DNA of 64,000 nucleotides from Gemmatales bacterium. GTDB lineage: Bacteria; Planctomycetota; Planctomycetia; Gemmatales; HRBIN36. A program made the position numbers and the translations under genes. The notes beneath the pieces are model-generated. The model had not been told where the DNA came from. It made no database searches and worked only from the letters and a program-made list of their open reading frames with translations. The stretch is from contig JBEPZY010000001.1 of assembly GCA_041640595.1 (NCBI GenBank), positions 1,056,001 through 1,120,000 on the forward strand, given 5' to 3'. Position 1 is the stretch's first letter. Every line of letters starts with the position of its first letter. Below, piece after piece: positions 1 through 10,174 of this stretch.

Positions 1-1742
1 GACGTTGGAATGTCCTGGCGAACATAACTCCAGGCGAGTATCGTAACCGGCCCGGTCAGCATGCCTTTCATGGGTCGTTTGGTGAGCGACTGTGCGAAGG
101 TGATTTCCGAAACGGTCATTGGTGCCGGCCGGCTAACATCGCCGTAAATGATCGGTGGGCGATACACTCGGGTACCGTATGAAAGCACCCAGCCATGTTG
201 CGTCAGCGCTATGCCGTGCAGCTTTTCCGCGAAAAACTCCACCATGTCGCTGCGTTCGAATTCCCCATGCACCAGCACGTCCAGACCCAGTTCCTCTTGC
301 ACCTGTACAACATGCCGGATTTGCTCGCGGATGAAACCGGCATACTCATCGGCAGAAATCCGCCCGTTTTTGAAGGCGTTCCGCATGCGGCGAACTTCCT
401 CGGTTTGCGGAAAGCTGCCGATGGTAGTGGTGGGAAACATCGGCAGTTTCAGACGCTGGCGCTGTAACGCATCGCGTTCAGGATACTCAGCAGTGCGACG
501 GAAATCTTCATGCCGCAAACTGGCCACACGTTGCCGGACACTTTCATTCCGCCAATCTTCGTTTCCGGAAGAATATGCGTTCCAGTTCCGCAACAGCGAT
601 TCGTCATCGCCCTCGGTTACCTCGTGCGGGCTTCCAAGCAATAACCGCCGCAGCAAGCGTAGTTCCGTAAGTCGCTCGTTCGCAAAAGCCAGCCTTTGCC
701 GCAAGGGCAGCGCCATTTTGTCTTCTGCGGCCAGACTGACGGGCAAATGCGAAAGCGGCCCGGCATTCGAGATCCAGACCTCGGCCGCAGTATATTGCCG
801 CAAACGTTGCACTAAGTCGGCAGTTCGACGAAGGTCGGTCTTCCAAACATTCCGGCCATCCACTACGCCCAGGATCAGGATTTGGTCCTGGCGTAGCGGC
901 TGACGTTGTAGCGCAGCCTGCAACTCGCTGCTAGCATTGCCCTGCCCTTTTACACTGGCAGAGCCATGCACCAGGTCCACACCGAAACCGCGCACCGGCA
1001 ATTGCAAGAATGCCTGCCAGTCCGCCGGTGTATCGTAGTAAGTGAACAGCAAAATCGGAGCTCGCGATGCCAATTGGGCATAGCCCTGCTGCACCAGGGG
1101 CCAGTGTTTCGATGGGACATCTCCAGCCAGAGCCGGTTCGTCCACATGAACGTAACTGGCTCCTGCTTGAGCGCACCGGGTCAATAGCTCGGCATAAGCG
1201 CTGACCAAACGCTCCCACAATTTGGGCCAGGAATCAGCGTGATAGCCCTTGCTCAGACTCAAAAAGGTGTACGGGCCAACCAGATACGGAACGCCATTCT
1301 GGTATTGTTGCCAGGACTGCAACGGTTTTGCCCACACCAGGCGAAACTCGGTGTTATCGCCGATTGGAGGCACCAGGTAGTGATAGTTGGTATTGAACCA
1401 TTTGGTCATTTCCCAGGCATCGCTACCGCGAGCCAGGCGATAATAAACTGCCAGATGGAGCGGCGCGTCCCAGGAACGTCCAACTCGCAGTCCATCGGTA
1501 ACGGCTTCCGGTACCAGACCGAACATGATGCCGTGATCCAGCATGGCATCATAAAACGTCATCTCGCCAACAGGATAAAAGTCCACACTGGCGTGATAGG
1601 CTCGCTGCCGCTCGCGTTCCAATCGGTCAAGACCTTCACGAAGTTGCAGTTCGGTGATTTCCTGTTTCCAGAAGCCTTCGATGAGCCGTTTGTATTCGCG
1701 GTTCTGTCCCAGCCTCGGGTAGCCGTAAGCATAGGTTTTCAT
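1..1742 (-). CDS. metE: Cobalamin-independent methionine synthase (3' end runs off the window)
   Basis: Not in the ORF track; translated by hand. N-terminus MKTYAYGYPRLGQNREYKRLIEGFW follows a GGAGA RBS. Near the window edge it reads TQHGWVLSYGTRVYRPPIIYGDVSRPAPMTV...KGMLTGPVTILAWS, typical MetE motifs. Confidence 0.95.
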   Translation of the reverse strand, partial: MKTYAYGYPRLGQNREYKRLIEGFWKQEITELQLREGLDRLERERQRAYHASVDFYPVGEMTFYDAMLDHGIMFGLVPEAVTDGLRVGRSWDAPLHLAVYYRLARGSDAWEMTKWFNTNYHYLVPPIGDNTEFRLVWAKPLQSWQQYQNGVPYLVGPYTFLSLSKGYHADSWPKLWERLVSAYAELLTRCAQAGASYVHVDEPALAGDVPSKHWPLVQQGYAQLASRAPILLFTYYDTPADWQAFLQLPVRGFGVDLVHGSASVKGQGNASSELQAALQRQPLRQDQILILGVVDGRNVWKTDLRRTADLVQRLRQYTAAEVWISNAGPLSHLPVSLAAEDKMALPLRQRLAFANERLTELRLLRRLLLGSPHEVTEGDDESLLRNWNAYSSGNEDWRNESVRQRVASLRHEDFRRTAEYPERDALQRQRLKLPMFPTTTIGSFPQTEEVRRMRNAFKNGRISADEYAGFIREQIRHVVQVQEELGLDVLVHGEFERSDMVEFFAEKLHGIALTQHGWVLSYGTRVYRPPIIYGDVSRPAPMTVSEITFAQSLTKRPMKGMLTGPVTILAWSYVRQDIPT

Positions 1743-2065
1743 TCTGTCGTTCTCCAGCCTTACGGGGAATTATCGGGAAACGGGCGCACGATCAGGCTTG
1801 CGCTCCGACTGCCCGACATAAAAACCGCCTTCAATGTAGAAGTGGCTCCCACGTTCGGCTAGCCAGCGCATGCAGCACTCTGCAGACCAATCCGCCTTGG
1901 CTGCCAGCGTGTCGGAAGCAACGTTGCCCATAGTGACTGCCGCTGGATGTTTAACAGCCGTTCGGGTCGAAGTTAAGACCCAGGAGAATCATGGTAACGT
2001 CGAATTTTTCACGGGAGCGGCGGGTTTATACAATGCTGAGTGTTAGAACTGTGCGAGGGTGAATC

Positions 2066-2761
2066 ATGGGGCAGACTGCTCGCTGGAGACTTGGGGACCG
2101 GGTGCTGGCACCGTGGGAGCCGGACTTTTTGTACCCCGGAACGGTGGTCTTTGTTGGCAAACGGGGATTGGTCATCGAATATGACGATGGCGACGAGGGG
2201 TACGTACCGGAATCCACGCTCCGGCCTTTGCAGATACAGGTCGGTTCCCAGGTCCAGGTGCGGCGAGACCCGGACGTCAATCGCTATTATTGGGCTGAGG
2301 TGCTCGCGGTAGATGGTGAGATGGTTCGTGTTCGCTATTCGGAAGATGACGGCGAAGAAACGCTTCCCGTCGGTCGGATTCGGATTCCCCGCGTGCTGCT
2401 ACGCCTGCCCCGTGAGCAGGAGGAAGCGTTAGCGGCACTCTGGAAACCAGGCGATCGCGTGTTAGCTCCCTGGGAACCTCACTTTCTTTATCCCGGTACG
2501 ATTCGGGAGATTGCATCGGGCATTGCCTTGATTGACTACGACGATGGCGACGTAGGCCCGGTTGCTCTGGCGGAGTTATTTCCGTTGCACCTGGAAGTGG
2601 GCATGCGCGTGCAGGCCCGGCGAGAACGCTTCGAAAAGGTGTACGAACCAGCCATTCTGACCGCCGTACATGAGGATTCCGTTACAGTTCGCTACGATAG
2701 CGACGACAGCGAAGACGAACTGGACATTGCCTATCTGCGTTTGCCGCGGGAAACCCTTTAG
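2066..2761 (+). CDS. Protein of four Tudor/Agenet-like (SH3-fold) repeats arranged A-B-A-B
   Basis: Duplicated GDRVLAPWEPxFLYPGT...YDDGD units alternate with VGxxVxxRR...Y..A....V....V.VRY..D..E units. Confidence 0.8.
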   Translation: MGQTARWRLGDRVLAPWEPDFLYPGTVVFVGKRGLVIEYDDGDEGYVPESTLRPLQIQVGSQVQVRRDPDVNRYYWAEVLAVDGEMVRVRYSEDDGEETLPVGRIRIPRVLLRLPREQEEALAALWKPGDRVLAPWEPHFLYPGTIREIASGIALIDYDDGDVGPVALAELFPLHLEVGMRVQARRERFEKVYEPAILTAVHEDSVTVRYDSDDSEDELDIAYLRLPRETL

Positions 2762-2845
2762 CCGTGTTACTGCCCTTTGCATGTCCACGGGAACGCCGCA
2801 ATCACAACAGTCCAATGGGCACGGTTGAGTGAGGGCGAGCCTAGC

Positions 2846-2944
2846 CGCGAACACAACGCCCACCGGAATACCTGTATATCACTGAGGAGCAGCCAGGTCT
2901 TATCTGCAGACAAGCTTAAGCGTGAACACAATGCTCAGCGGAAT
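2846..2944. repeat. Imperfect 24-nt direct repeat, 75-nt period
   Basis: cgcgaacacaacgcccaccggaat (2846-2869) versus cgtgaacacaatgctcagcggaat (2921-2944). Confidence 0.7.
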
Positions 2945-3182
2945 GGCGCCGAGTTCGCCGATGCACATTCCGATACCTGAGCCACCCAATCGCTTTTGTC
3001 GCTCTTGGCCTATTGAACCCTTTTGTGCATCCGTCAGTCCGTGGCTTAAAAGCAATAGTCCTTGCGGTTTCCAGCCATGCAAACCAGCGCGCCGGTGTCG
3101 TAAGATGGCCAAACCCGACCCGCGTATGATGCAAAAAGCTGATGCGGTTTGTGATGAAAGAGCGAGGGGTTCTGGACAAATT

Positions 3183-3953
3183 TCAGAGCATCCCGGCCAG
3201 CAGCAGACGCAACGTGCGTAACTCCGGCTCCAGTGGGTAGGGCGGTTCCGGTTTGTCGAACATCTCGATGGTGATCAGGCGGTTGTATTCGTAACGGCGA
3301 AGTTGCTGGATAATGCGACTGAACGGCATCTTGCCCTGGCCCACACGCACCTGGATTTTATCCGGAGTGGTGCCGCTATCTCGAAGGTGGACATGGTGCA
3401 CGTAAGGAAACACCCCGTCGAACGACTGGCCGGCATTTGGTCCGCACAGGTAATGGCTTGGATCGAGCGTCAGCCGCAATGGTGGCACACACCGGCACAG
3501 TTCCACCGCGGCTTGCGGCGTCTCAGTGAGGGTACCCAGACGTGTCTCCACGCAGACAACCACGCCATACGGAAACGCCCAACTCACCACCTGTCGCAAA
3601 CGTTCCACTTCCTTTGCCCAATCGCTGCCACTGGGAGCCGCGGCAATTGTTACAGTTACAATGCCCAGGATATTTGCGAGCCGGCATAACACAGGAAATT
3701 GCTGCTGCCACAGGCGCAGTTCGGTACTTTCCAATTCCACCAGCAACGCTGCCGGGGCGATGCCGCTGACGGAGCGTAACAGTTCTACCACATCGTTCAA
3801 ATGGCGGCACACAGTTTCGGGCGTCAGATGCGGATTGCCCGGCGTGATGGCAACCTCCGCATGGGCGAATCCGAGATCGGCCATTCTTCGCAGGGCTTCT
3901 TCGAGGTCGTAGCGTGTGAAAGCCAGTGTCGAACAGGCAAGGTCCACGGCCAT
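3183..3953 (-). CDS. Sugar phosphate isomerase/epimerase (xylose isomerase-like TIM barrel)
   Basis: Motifs VCVET, LTLDPSH, HVHLRD and ITIE. Start placed at MAVDLACSTL behind a CAGGAG RBS. Confidence 0.85.
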   Translation of the reverse strand: MAVDLACSTLAFTRYDLEEALRRMADLGFAHAEVAITPGNPHLTPETVCRHLNDVVELLRSVSGIAPAALLVELESTELRLWQQQFPVLCRLANILGIVTVTIAAAPSGSDWAKEVERLRQVVSWAFPYGVVVCVETRLGTLTETPQAAVELCRCVPPLRLTLDPSHYLCGPNAGQSFDGVFPYVHHVHLRDSGTTPDKIQVRVGQGKMPFSRIIQQLRRYEYNRLITIEMFDKPEPPYPLEPELRTLRLLLAGML

Positions 3954-4239
3954 ACTCCTGGTTTGAGCTTCCGAAAAGCCGCAGCGGAGTGAAAGGGCGA
4001 GCTTATGGTGGCACGTCGGAGGTTGAGCCAAGCAGATGCGTTTCCGTATCGGCAACCGGCCTTCATAACAATTTCGCGTAACCGGACAAGGCGAGTTGTG
4101 GCAAACAGACTCGCCAACCGATGCAGCCACGCTTTGGCAGCAAAATGAAACAGGTGGTGCGGATCAATCTGGCCAGAGGCCCTGGAAAATGGTTGACCGC
4201 TATCCTTTAGCAAAACAGCGGGAGCCGGGGTAAAGGTAG

Positions 4240-5694
4240 TCAGCGGGGCTGGCTCTTTTCTGGCTTGAACGGGCCACCGTAATAGGGAAACTTGTCGAAG
4301 CGGTCGTCGTCCTGGGACGCCCGCGGATCGCCGGTCTCTTTCATCCAGGCCTGCAGACGTGCCGCAAGCTGTTGTTTGATGGCCGCATATTCGGGTTTGT
4401 CCGCCAGGTTATCGAGTTCGTCGGGGTCCTTTTGAAGGTCATACAGTTCCTCTGCAGGTCGTTTGCCGCAACTGAGAGTGAAATAACGTTGCCAATCCTG
4501 GTCGTTGCGCCGAGCCAGAATGATCTGTTTGGTCGGCCCGTCGTCAATATCGCCGAACGGACCCACCGCGAAAACCAGCTGCGGATCGCCAGCCGGCCAG
4601 CGATCGGGTCGAAAATTGCGGATGTATAAAAACCGCTCCGTCCGAATCGCTCGCGCCGGATAACTCAGGTTCCCCTGTCGAACATAAGCATGGCGCTCAC
4701 GTTCAGTAAAAACTGCGTCCAGCCAGGATTTCGCATCGCCCGTGAGCAGTGGTTTCAGATTACGACCATGCCAATCGGCTGGGATTGGTAAGCCTGCTGC
4801 CGCAAGAAAGCTCGGAGCGAGGTCCACGTGGCTGACAAACCGGTCAATACGCATACCAGGCCGTGTGACTCCCGGCCAGCGAATCGCCAGAGGCATATGC
4901 GTTCCCAGGTCGTAAAGGTTGGCTTTGCATCGCGGGAAAGGCATGCCATTGTCGCTGGTGATAACGATAAGCGTTCGTTCATAAAGGCCGCGCTTTTCCA
5001 GTTCCGCCAGCAGCCCGGCTACCTGATGGTCGAAGCGTTGCACCTCGAAATAATAATCCAGGACGTCGTGCCGAACCTCGGGACAATCCGGCCAGAAAAG
5101 CGGAACACGTACGCGTTCCGGAGCAAGGCCCGCTTTCCGACCGGCATCGTGTTCATAAGGCCTGTGAGGGTCGGTACTGCCGAACCAGAAGCAAAACGGC
5201 TTGTCCTTGGGACAAGCGTCCAAAAACTGCGTAAAGGATTTATAAACAGGCCCGGCCGGATTGCGTGTTCTACCACCGGCCTGGAAGTTCCCTGGCCCCC
5301 ATCCTTTACCCATGTAACCGACATGGTAGCCTGCCTTTTCCAGTAAGTCGGGATATACCGCAAAACGTGCCGGCAAAAACCCCCAGAGGTTTGCCCCTTC
5401 CTCGAGACTGTGAGGAAAACGACCGGTGAGGATCGCGGCCCGTGACGGTGTGCAGGACGGTGCCGCGCAATAACATCGGCTAAACAAGGCGCCTTCTCGA
5501 GCCACGCGGTCGAAGGCCGGCGTTTTTACCACCGGATCGCCGTAGATGCTGGCGTGCGGGTACGACCAGTCATCAGCAATGCAGAACAAAATGTTGAGCC
5601 GGTCGTTAGCTGTAACCCGCGGCACTGCATAAAAACCGACCAGCAGCGTCACACTCCATAGCCCAAATAACCAACCTCGCATCTTTGATGCCAT
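4240..5694 (-). CDS. Secreted sulfatase (formylglycine-dependent family)
   Basis: Signal peptide, NILFCIADD, CTPSRAAILTG signature, SDNG and ELYDL..DPDE..NLA. Confidence 0.95.
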   Translation of the reverse strand: MASKMRGWLFGLWSVTLLVGFYAVPRVTANDRLNILFCIADDWSYPHASIYGDPVVKTPAFDRVAREGALFSRCYCAAPSCTPSRAAILTGRFPHSLEEGANLWGFLPARFAVYPDLLEKAGYHVGYMGKGWGPGNFQAGGRTRNPAGPVYKSFTQFLDACPKDKPFCFWFGSTDPHRPYEHDAGRKAGLAPERVRVPLFWPDCPEVRHDVLDYYFEVQRFDHQVAGLLAELEKRGLYERTLIVITSDNGMPFPRCKANLYDLGTHMPLAIRWPGVTRPGMRIDRFVSHVDLAPSFLAAAGLPIPADWHGRNLKPLLTGDAKSWLDAVFTERERHAYVRQGNLSYPARAIRTERFLYIRNFRPDRWPAGDPQLVFAVGPFGDIDDGPTKQIILARRNDQDWQRYFTLSCGKRPAEELYDLQKDPDELDNLADKPEYAAIKQQLAARLQAWMKETGDPRASQDDDRFDKFPYYGGPFKPEKSQPR

Positions 5695-5960
5695 GAAGCG
5701 ATCTCCCGTCTAGTCGTTGGAACCAGGCATAATGCTACGGTGTAAGACAAAATACCCGCTTCCGCAGTGCATGCTGATGCTTCGCCTGGTCTGGCTATTG
5801 TGGGTATAACTGTGGCCCTCGGCAACCGCTATGCTCCAGTTGAAGTTGACCGGGGAGCCGAGACGGTTATGGTACCCAACCGACGCCGCCTCAAAAGCAA
5901 AGTCCGGTACTCCTGGCCCGACAATTTGGCGGGGCCTGACGCGAACCCTGGAGCATAGAG

Positions 5961-7334
5961 ATGGCAGGCAGATTACTGATAGTCCCATCCCTACTTTTCG
6001 CCTTGACGAGTACCCTTTTGTTTTCCGCAGAACCGAGCCGCTATGCACTACGTGAGCGCTGCCAGGAGGGGCAACAGTGGCAGGTAGAAATGCAGACTCG
6101 CGTCGAAGTAAAAGCTAAATCAGGCGAGGCTAAGGCGCTGGTCACCGCTCGCCATAGTTTTTGGGAACACGTACTGGCACTGGTTGACGCAACTCCGAAT
6201 GCGAATCAGGCTGGCCCAATCGGTGTGCGTCCCGGACTGCCGCGCCGTGTAGCCCGCTACTACGAGCTGGCCGATTGGCAACGCCAGCCCCTTCACGCGG
6301 TGCAGGCCAGTCTTTCCTCAGGCAAGACCGAAAAACGCCAGCTCCGAGATGAACGAAGGCTCCTGATAGCGCAACGCTGGCGCGACGAAACAGTGGTCTT
6401 TTCGCCGAATGGGCCGCTGACCCGTGAAGAACTCGATTTGACCGAAGGACACCTCGATGTGCTCATGGTGCCCAACCTTTTGCCGGAAGGATTGGTGGCG
6501 GTGGGCGAAAGCTGGACGGTACCGATCCCGGTAGTCCAGGCGTTGTGCGGTCTGGATGGCGTTACCGAGTCAAAAGTTCAAGCCCGATTCGCCTCGGTTC
6601 AGAACGACCGGGCCGTCGTTGTCGTGGAGGGAAAAGTGGACGGCATCGCCGATGGTTGCGAAACCATCAACACCGTTCAGGCAAAGCTGGAATACGACCT
6701 GACTTTTGAACGGTGGACGCAATTGCACTGGCGACAAACCCAGGAGCGGCAAGCTGGCCCCATCACCCCTGCCCTGCATCTGGTGGCCGAGGTTCAAGCA
6801 TCGCGCCAATTCGGCGGTCGCAGTTCCCATTTGACACCGGCGGTGTTGCAAAACTTGCCCGGCGAACCTGCCCCAGCTTTTCTCTTGCTCAGTTACCGCG
6901 CACCCAATGGCGAGTGCGAGTTTCTTTATGACCGGGGATGGCACCGTGTTGCCCAGGAGGAACGCTTTGCCGTCTTTCGACTCCTCGATCGCGGGGAACT
7001 GGTTGCGCAGATGAACGTGACGTTCTGGCCCAAAGCGAAACCCGGCCAGCATCTCACCGCTGATCAAATACGCGAATTCGCGGAAAAGGCCCCCAATTTC
7101 CAGCCGGAGAAAGTTATCGAAAGTGGCGAAATCAAATCTCCGGATGGCCGCTGGATCTATCGCCATACTGTGCAGGGTAAAACCGAGGACTTGCCGATTA
7201 TGCTTACCTGGTACGTGGTAGCCGATGCTCAGGGGCACCAGGCGGTCTTCGTGTTCACGACGGAACCTGCTTTGGCCGATAAACTCGGCGGCCGCGACCT
7301 GGCCATCGTCCAGTCCGCATCTTTCCCCAGGTAA
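5961..7334 (+). CDS. Secreted hypothetical protein
   Basis: 457-aa ORF with an N-terminal signal peptide. No catalytic motif recognised. Confidence 0.8.
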   Translation: MAGRLLIVPSLLFALTSTLLFSAEPSRYALRERCQEGQQWQVEMQTRVEVKAKSGEAKALVTARHSFWEHVLALVDATPNANQAGPIGVRPGLPRRVARYYELADWQRQPLHAVQASLSSGKTEKRQLRDERRLLIAQRWRDETVVFSPNGPLTREELDLTEGHLDVLMVPNLLPEGLVAVGESWTVPIPVVQALCGLDGVTESKVQARFASVQNDRAVVVVEGKVDGIADGCETINTVQAKLEYDLTFERWTQLHWRQTQERQAGPITPALHLVAEVQASRQFGGRSSHLTPAVLQNLPGEPAPAFLLLSYRAPNGECEFLYDRGWHRVAQEERFAVFRLLDRGELVAQMNVTFWPKAKPGQHLTADQIREFAEKAPNFQPEKVIESGEIKSPDGRWIYRHTVQGKTEDLPIMLTWYVVADAQGHQAVFVFTTEPALADKLGGRDLAIVQSASFPR

Positions 7335-7640
7335 AAGCAAACCTATCCACCAGAACGGTTCAACTAAATGCAGCCAATCTGTACACGGTAAAGCCCATAC
7401 ACGGCCTCGTTGAATTCCCGGCGGGTAGCCGCTTCCGATGAATGAGTTGCAAATTCGCCTGCCACTGTGCTGGCCTAGCTCGTAGCCAGTCAGCCTGGCG
7501 ATAACCGTAGCGAGTGTTCCCGGCGAGTTTGCTGCGGATGGCAGTACCTTGCTTTTAGCGTGTGAAACTTTTATAGTCCAAAGAAGCCCAGGCGCTTTCA
7601 GTAACAAAGAATCCAGGCTGGATAAGCCTGGCTAACGAGG

Positions 7641-9044
7641 ATGGAGCCGATGAGTTTGAGCATACGCCGAATTGTATGGTCCAACGATGAGGATGCGGCG
7701 AGCCTCATAGGCGAATTACGACGTCAGCATAGCCTGGACACTGAACGAATCACTCCACGGAGTCGAGAATTGACCATTCGCGCCTTCGGGGAAGCGTTAT
7801 CACCTGCGCGCAGTGTTGAGCGGATTTGCAACGAAGTGCGTGATCAGGGCTTTCCTGCTGTTGCTCGGTTCAGCCAGATCTTTGACAATTTTGAATTGCG
7901 GCGGGAAAATCTGCGTGTTTCGCCGGAAGAGTTGCAGCAAGCTCACCGCCAGGCGCAATCGGAATTTTTGCAGACTGTGCGACATGTGCGAGACCGCGTC
8001 CTGACGTTCCAGAGTGGCTTGTTACACAGCGACGCGGTTTGGCGCAACGGCGAGGGTGAGGAAATCCGCGTTCGCTACCGTCCGGTACGGCGAGTCGGAG
8101 TACACGTTCCCGGCGGAAATGCCGCTTATCCCAGCACAGTACTGATGACAGTGTGCCCGGCAATCGCCGCCGGGGTGAATGAAATCGCTGTTATCGCCCC
8201 GCCTACCCGCTATGGTTCGAACAATCCCGACCTTCTGGCTGTGTGCTACGAACTCGGCGTGCGCGAGGTCTATCGGCTGGGCGGTGCACACGGGATTGCA
8301 GCACTGGCTTACGGCCTGCCCGAATTGCCTGCCGTGGACATGATTGTCGGACCGGGCAATCTGTATGTGATGCTGGCTAAGAAATACGTTTTTGGTACGG
8401 TCGGAATTGATTCGCTGGCCGGTCCGACCGAGCTGGTACTGGTAGCGGATGAATCTGCTCGTCCCGATTACCTGGCGGCCGACATGCTGGCGCAAGCAGA
8501 ACACGCACCGGGGGCCAGCATCTTGATTACCTGGCAGGCTGACCTTCTTGATGCCGTGCATGCTGCTCTGCAAGAACAACTCGCAACTATCGAACGGGCT
8601 GACCTGACTCGTGACAGTCTCGAACGGTTCGGAGCGCTGGTGCAGGTAACGGATGCAGAGCAGGCAGTGCGGTTGGTCAATTTGCTAGCACCAGAGCACG
8701 TCCATGTTTGCACCCGACGGGCCGAACAGCTGGCCGAGCGCATTGTCAACGCCGGGGCCATTTTCCTGGGCAATTCCACACCCGTAGCCCTGGGGGATTA
8801 CGTGGCGGGCCCGTCCCACGTGTTGCCAACCAGCGGTACAGCACGGTTCGCGTCGGGGTTATCGGCCAACGATTTCCTGAAGCGCACCAGCGTCCTGCGT
8901 TTCAGCGAATCAGCGCTGGCCCGTGAGGCGGAGCATGTGATTCGCCTGGCGGAAGTGGAAAAACTCCCGGCCCACGCGCACAGCGTCCGTATTCGCCAGG
9001 CTTCCGGCCAACCCGCAGCACTCCTGGCCAGTGAAACGACATGA
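7641..9044 (+). CDS. hisD: Histidinol dehydrogenase
   Basis: VPGG.AAYPSTVLM, GPGNLYV, IDSLAGPTE, QAEH, APEH and GDYVAGPSHVLPT. Confidence 0.97.
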   Translation: MEPMSLSIRRIVWSNDEDAASLIGELRRQHSLDTERITPRSRELTIRAFGEALSPARSVERICNEVRDQGFPAVARFSQIFDNFELRRENLRVSPEELQQAHRQAQSEFLQTVRHVRDRVLTFQSGLLHSDAVWRNGEGEEIRVRYRPVRRVGVHVPGGNAAYPSTVLMTVCPAIAAGVNEIAVIAPPTRYGSNNPDLLAVCYELGVREVYRLGGAHGIAALAYGLPELPAVDMIVGPGNLYVMLAKKYVFGTVGIDSLAGPTELVLVADESARPDYLAADMLAQAEHAPGASILITWQADLLDAVHAALQEQLATIERADLTRDSLERFGALVQVTDAEQAVRLVNLLAPEHVHVCTRRAEQLAERIVNAGAIFLGNSTPVALGDYVAGPSHVLPTSGTARFASGLSANDFLKRTSVLRFSESALAREAEHVIRLAEVEKLPAHAHSVRIRQASGQPAALLASETT

Positions 9045-9142
9045 TTTGCTGCTAAAATACATTGTTCCGACCCTCGACCTAATACAGTGTTCCTTCCCTG
9101 CCCCAGGTCCCACTTCGGGACAACACAAAAGAATCCGCAACC

Positions 9143-10174
9143 ATGCTGGAATTTGTCCGTAGCAACATTTTGCAGATGCGCGGCTATGAGCCTGGCGAAC
9201 AGCCACAGGACGGCGAATATCTCAAGCTCAACACCAACGAGAATCCGTTTCCACCTTCTCCACGTGTGGTCGAAGCATTGCGTCAGGCATTGACCGGCGA
9301 TCGGTTGCGAAAGTATCCCGACCCACTTGGGAGACAGTTCCGTGAAACGGCCGCCCGAGTCTTTGGTATTCCCGCTGAAGCTATCCTGATTGCGAATGGT
9401 TCTGACGACGCCCTGACAATCATCACTCGCACACTCGTGCCCGAACATGGCCGGGTTCTCTTTCCCACGCCGAGTTATCTGCTTTACGAAACGCTTGCTC
9501 AAATTCAGGGGGCTGAAACCCACACCATTCCCTTCACGCCGACGGGGGATTTGAACCCGCAGGATGTGCCTGACGGCGTACATCTGAGTTACATTCCGAA
9601 CCCCAATTCACCGACAGGCACGGTGGTGCCTCGATCACGATTGCATTACTGGCCTACACCCCTGGTAATTGATGAGGCCTATGCAGACTTTGCCGACGAA
9701 AATTATCTCTCCCTGCCTCTCACGCAAGAAAAAGTGATCGTGACCCGCAGTCTGAGCAAATCGTATAGCCTGGCCGGCATTCGCTTCGGTTTTGCTGTCG
9801 CTCATCCGGAGCTGACCAGGCAGTTTTACAAGGTGAAAGATTCCTATAATTGCGACGCGTTAAGTCTGGTTGCGGCGACAGCGGCTATCGAAGACCAGGA
9901 CTATATGCGGAGCAACGTCGCCCGCATTCGTGCAACACGGCAACGCATTATCCCTCACCTGCGGCAGCTCGGCTTCAGCGTGCCGGACAGCCAAGCCAAT
10001 TTCGTGTGGTGTCGGCATGCTGAGCGGCCCGCCCGTTGGATTTACGAGCAGCTTAAGGCCCGACGTATCCTGGTACGCTACATGAGCTATCCTGAAATAG
10101 ATGGCCTGCGGATCACCATCGGGACGGATGCGGATATGGATCGCCTGCTGGACGAACTCAGGCGGTTAGTCTAG
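9143..10174 (+). CDS. hisC: Histidinol-phosphate aminotransferase
   Basis: KLNTNENP, NPNSPTG, DEAY and RSLSKSYSLAGIRFG. Lies between hisD and hisB. Confidence 0.96.
   Translation: MLEFVRSNILQMRGYEPGEQPQDGEYLKLNTNENPFPPSPRVVEALRQALTGDRLRKYPDPLGRQFRETAARVFGIPAEAILIANGSDDALTIITRTLVPEHGRVLFPTPSYLLYETLAQIQGAETHTIPFTPTGDLNPQDVPDGVHLSYIPNPNSPTGTVVPRSRLHYWPTPLVIDEAYADFADENYLSLPLTQEKVIVTRSLSKSYSLAGIRFGFAVAHPELTRQFYKVKDSYNCDALSLVAATAAIEDQDYMRSNVARIRATRQRIIPHLRQLGFSVPDSQANFVWCRHAERPARWIYEQLKARRILVRYMSYPEIDGLRITIGTDADMDRLLDELRRLV

Noticed and set aside
148..1862. Plus-strand ORFs (251 aa, 207 aa and others)
   Set aside because: These are antisense shadows of metE, which the ORF track missed because it lacks a stop in the window.
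1743..2000. Cobalamin or SAM riboswitch upstream of metE
   Set aside because: Only a weak gccact...gaaggc resemblance. The B12-box and SAM-I core motifs were not found.
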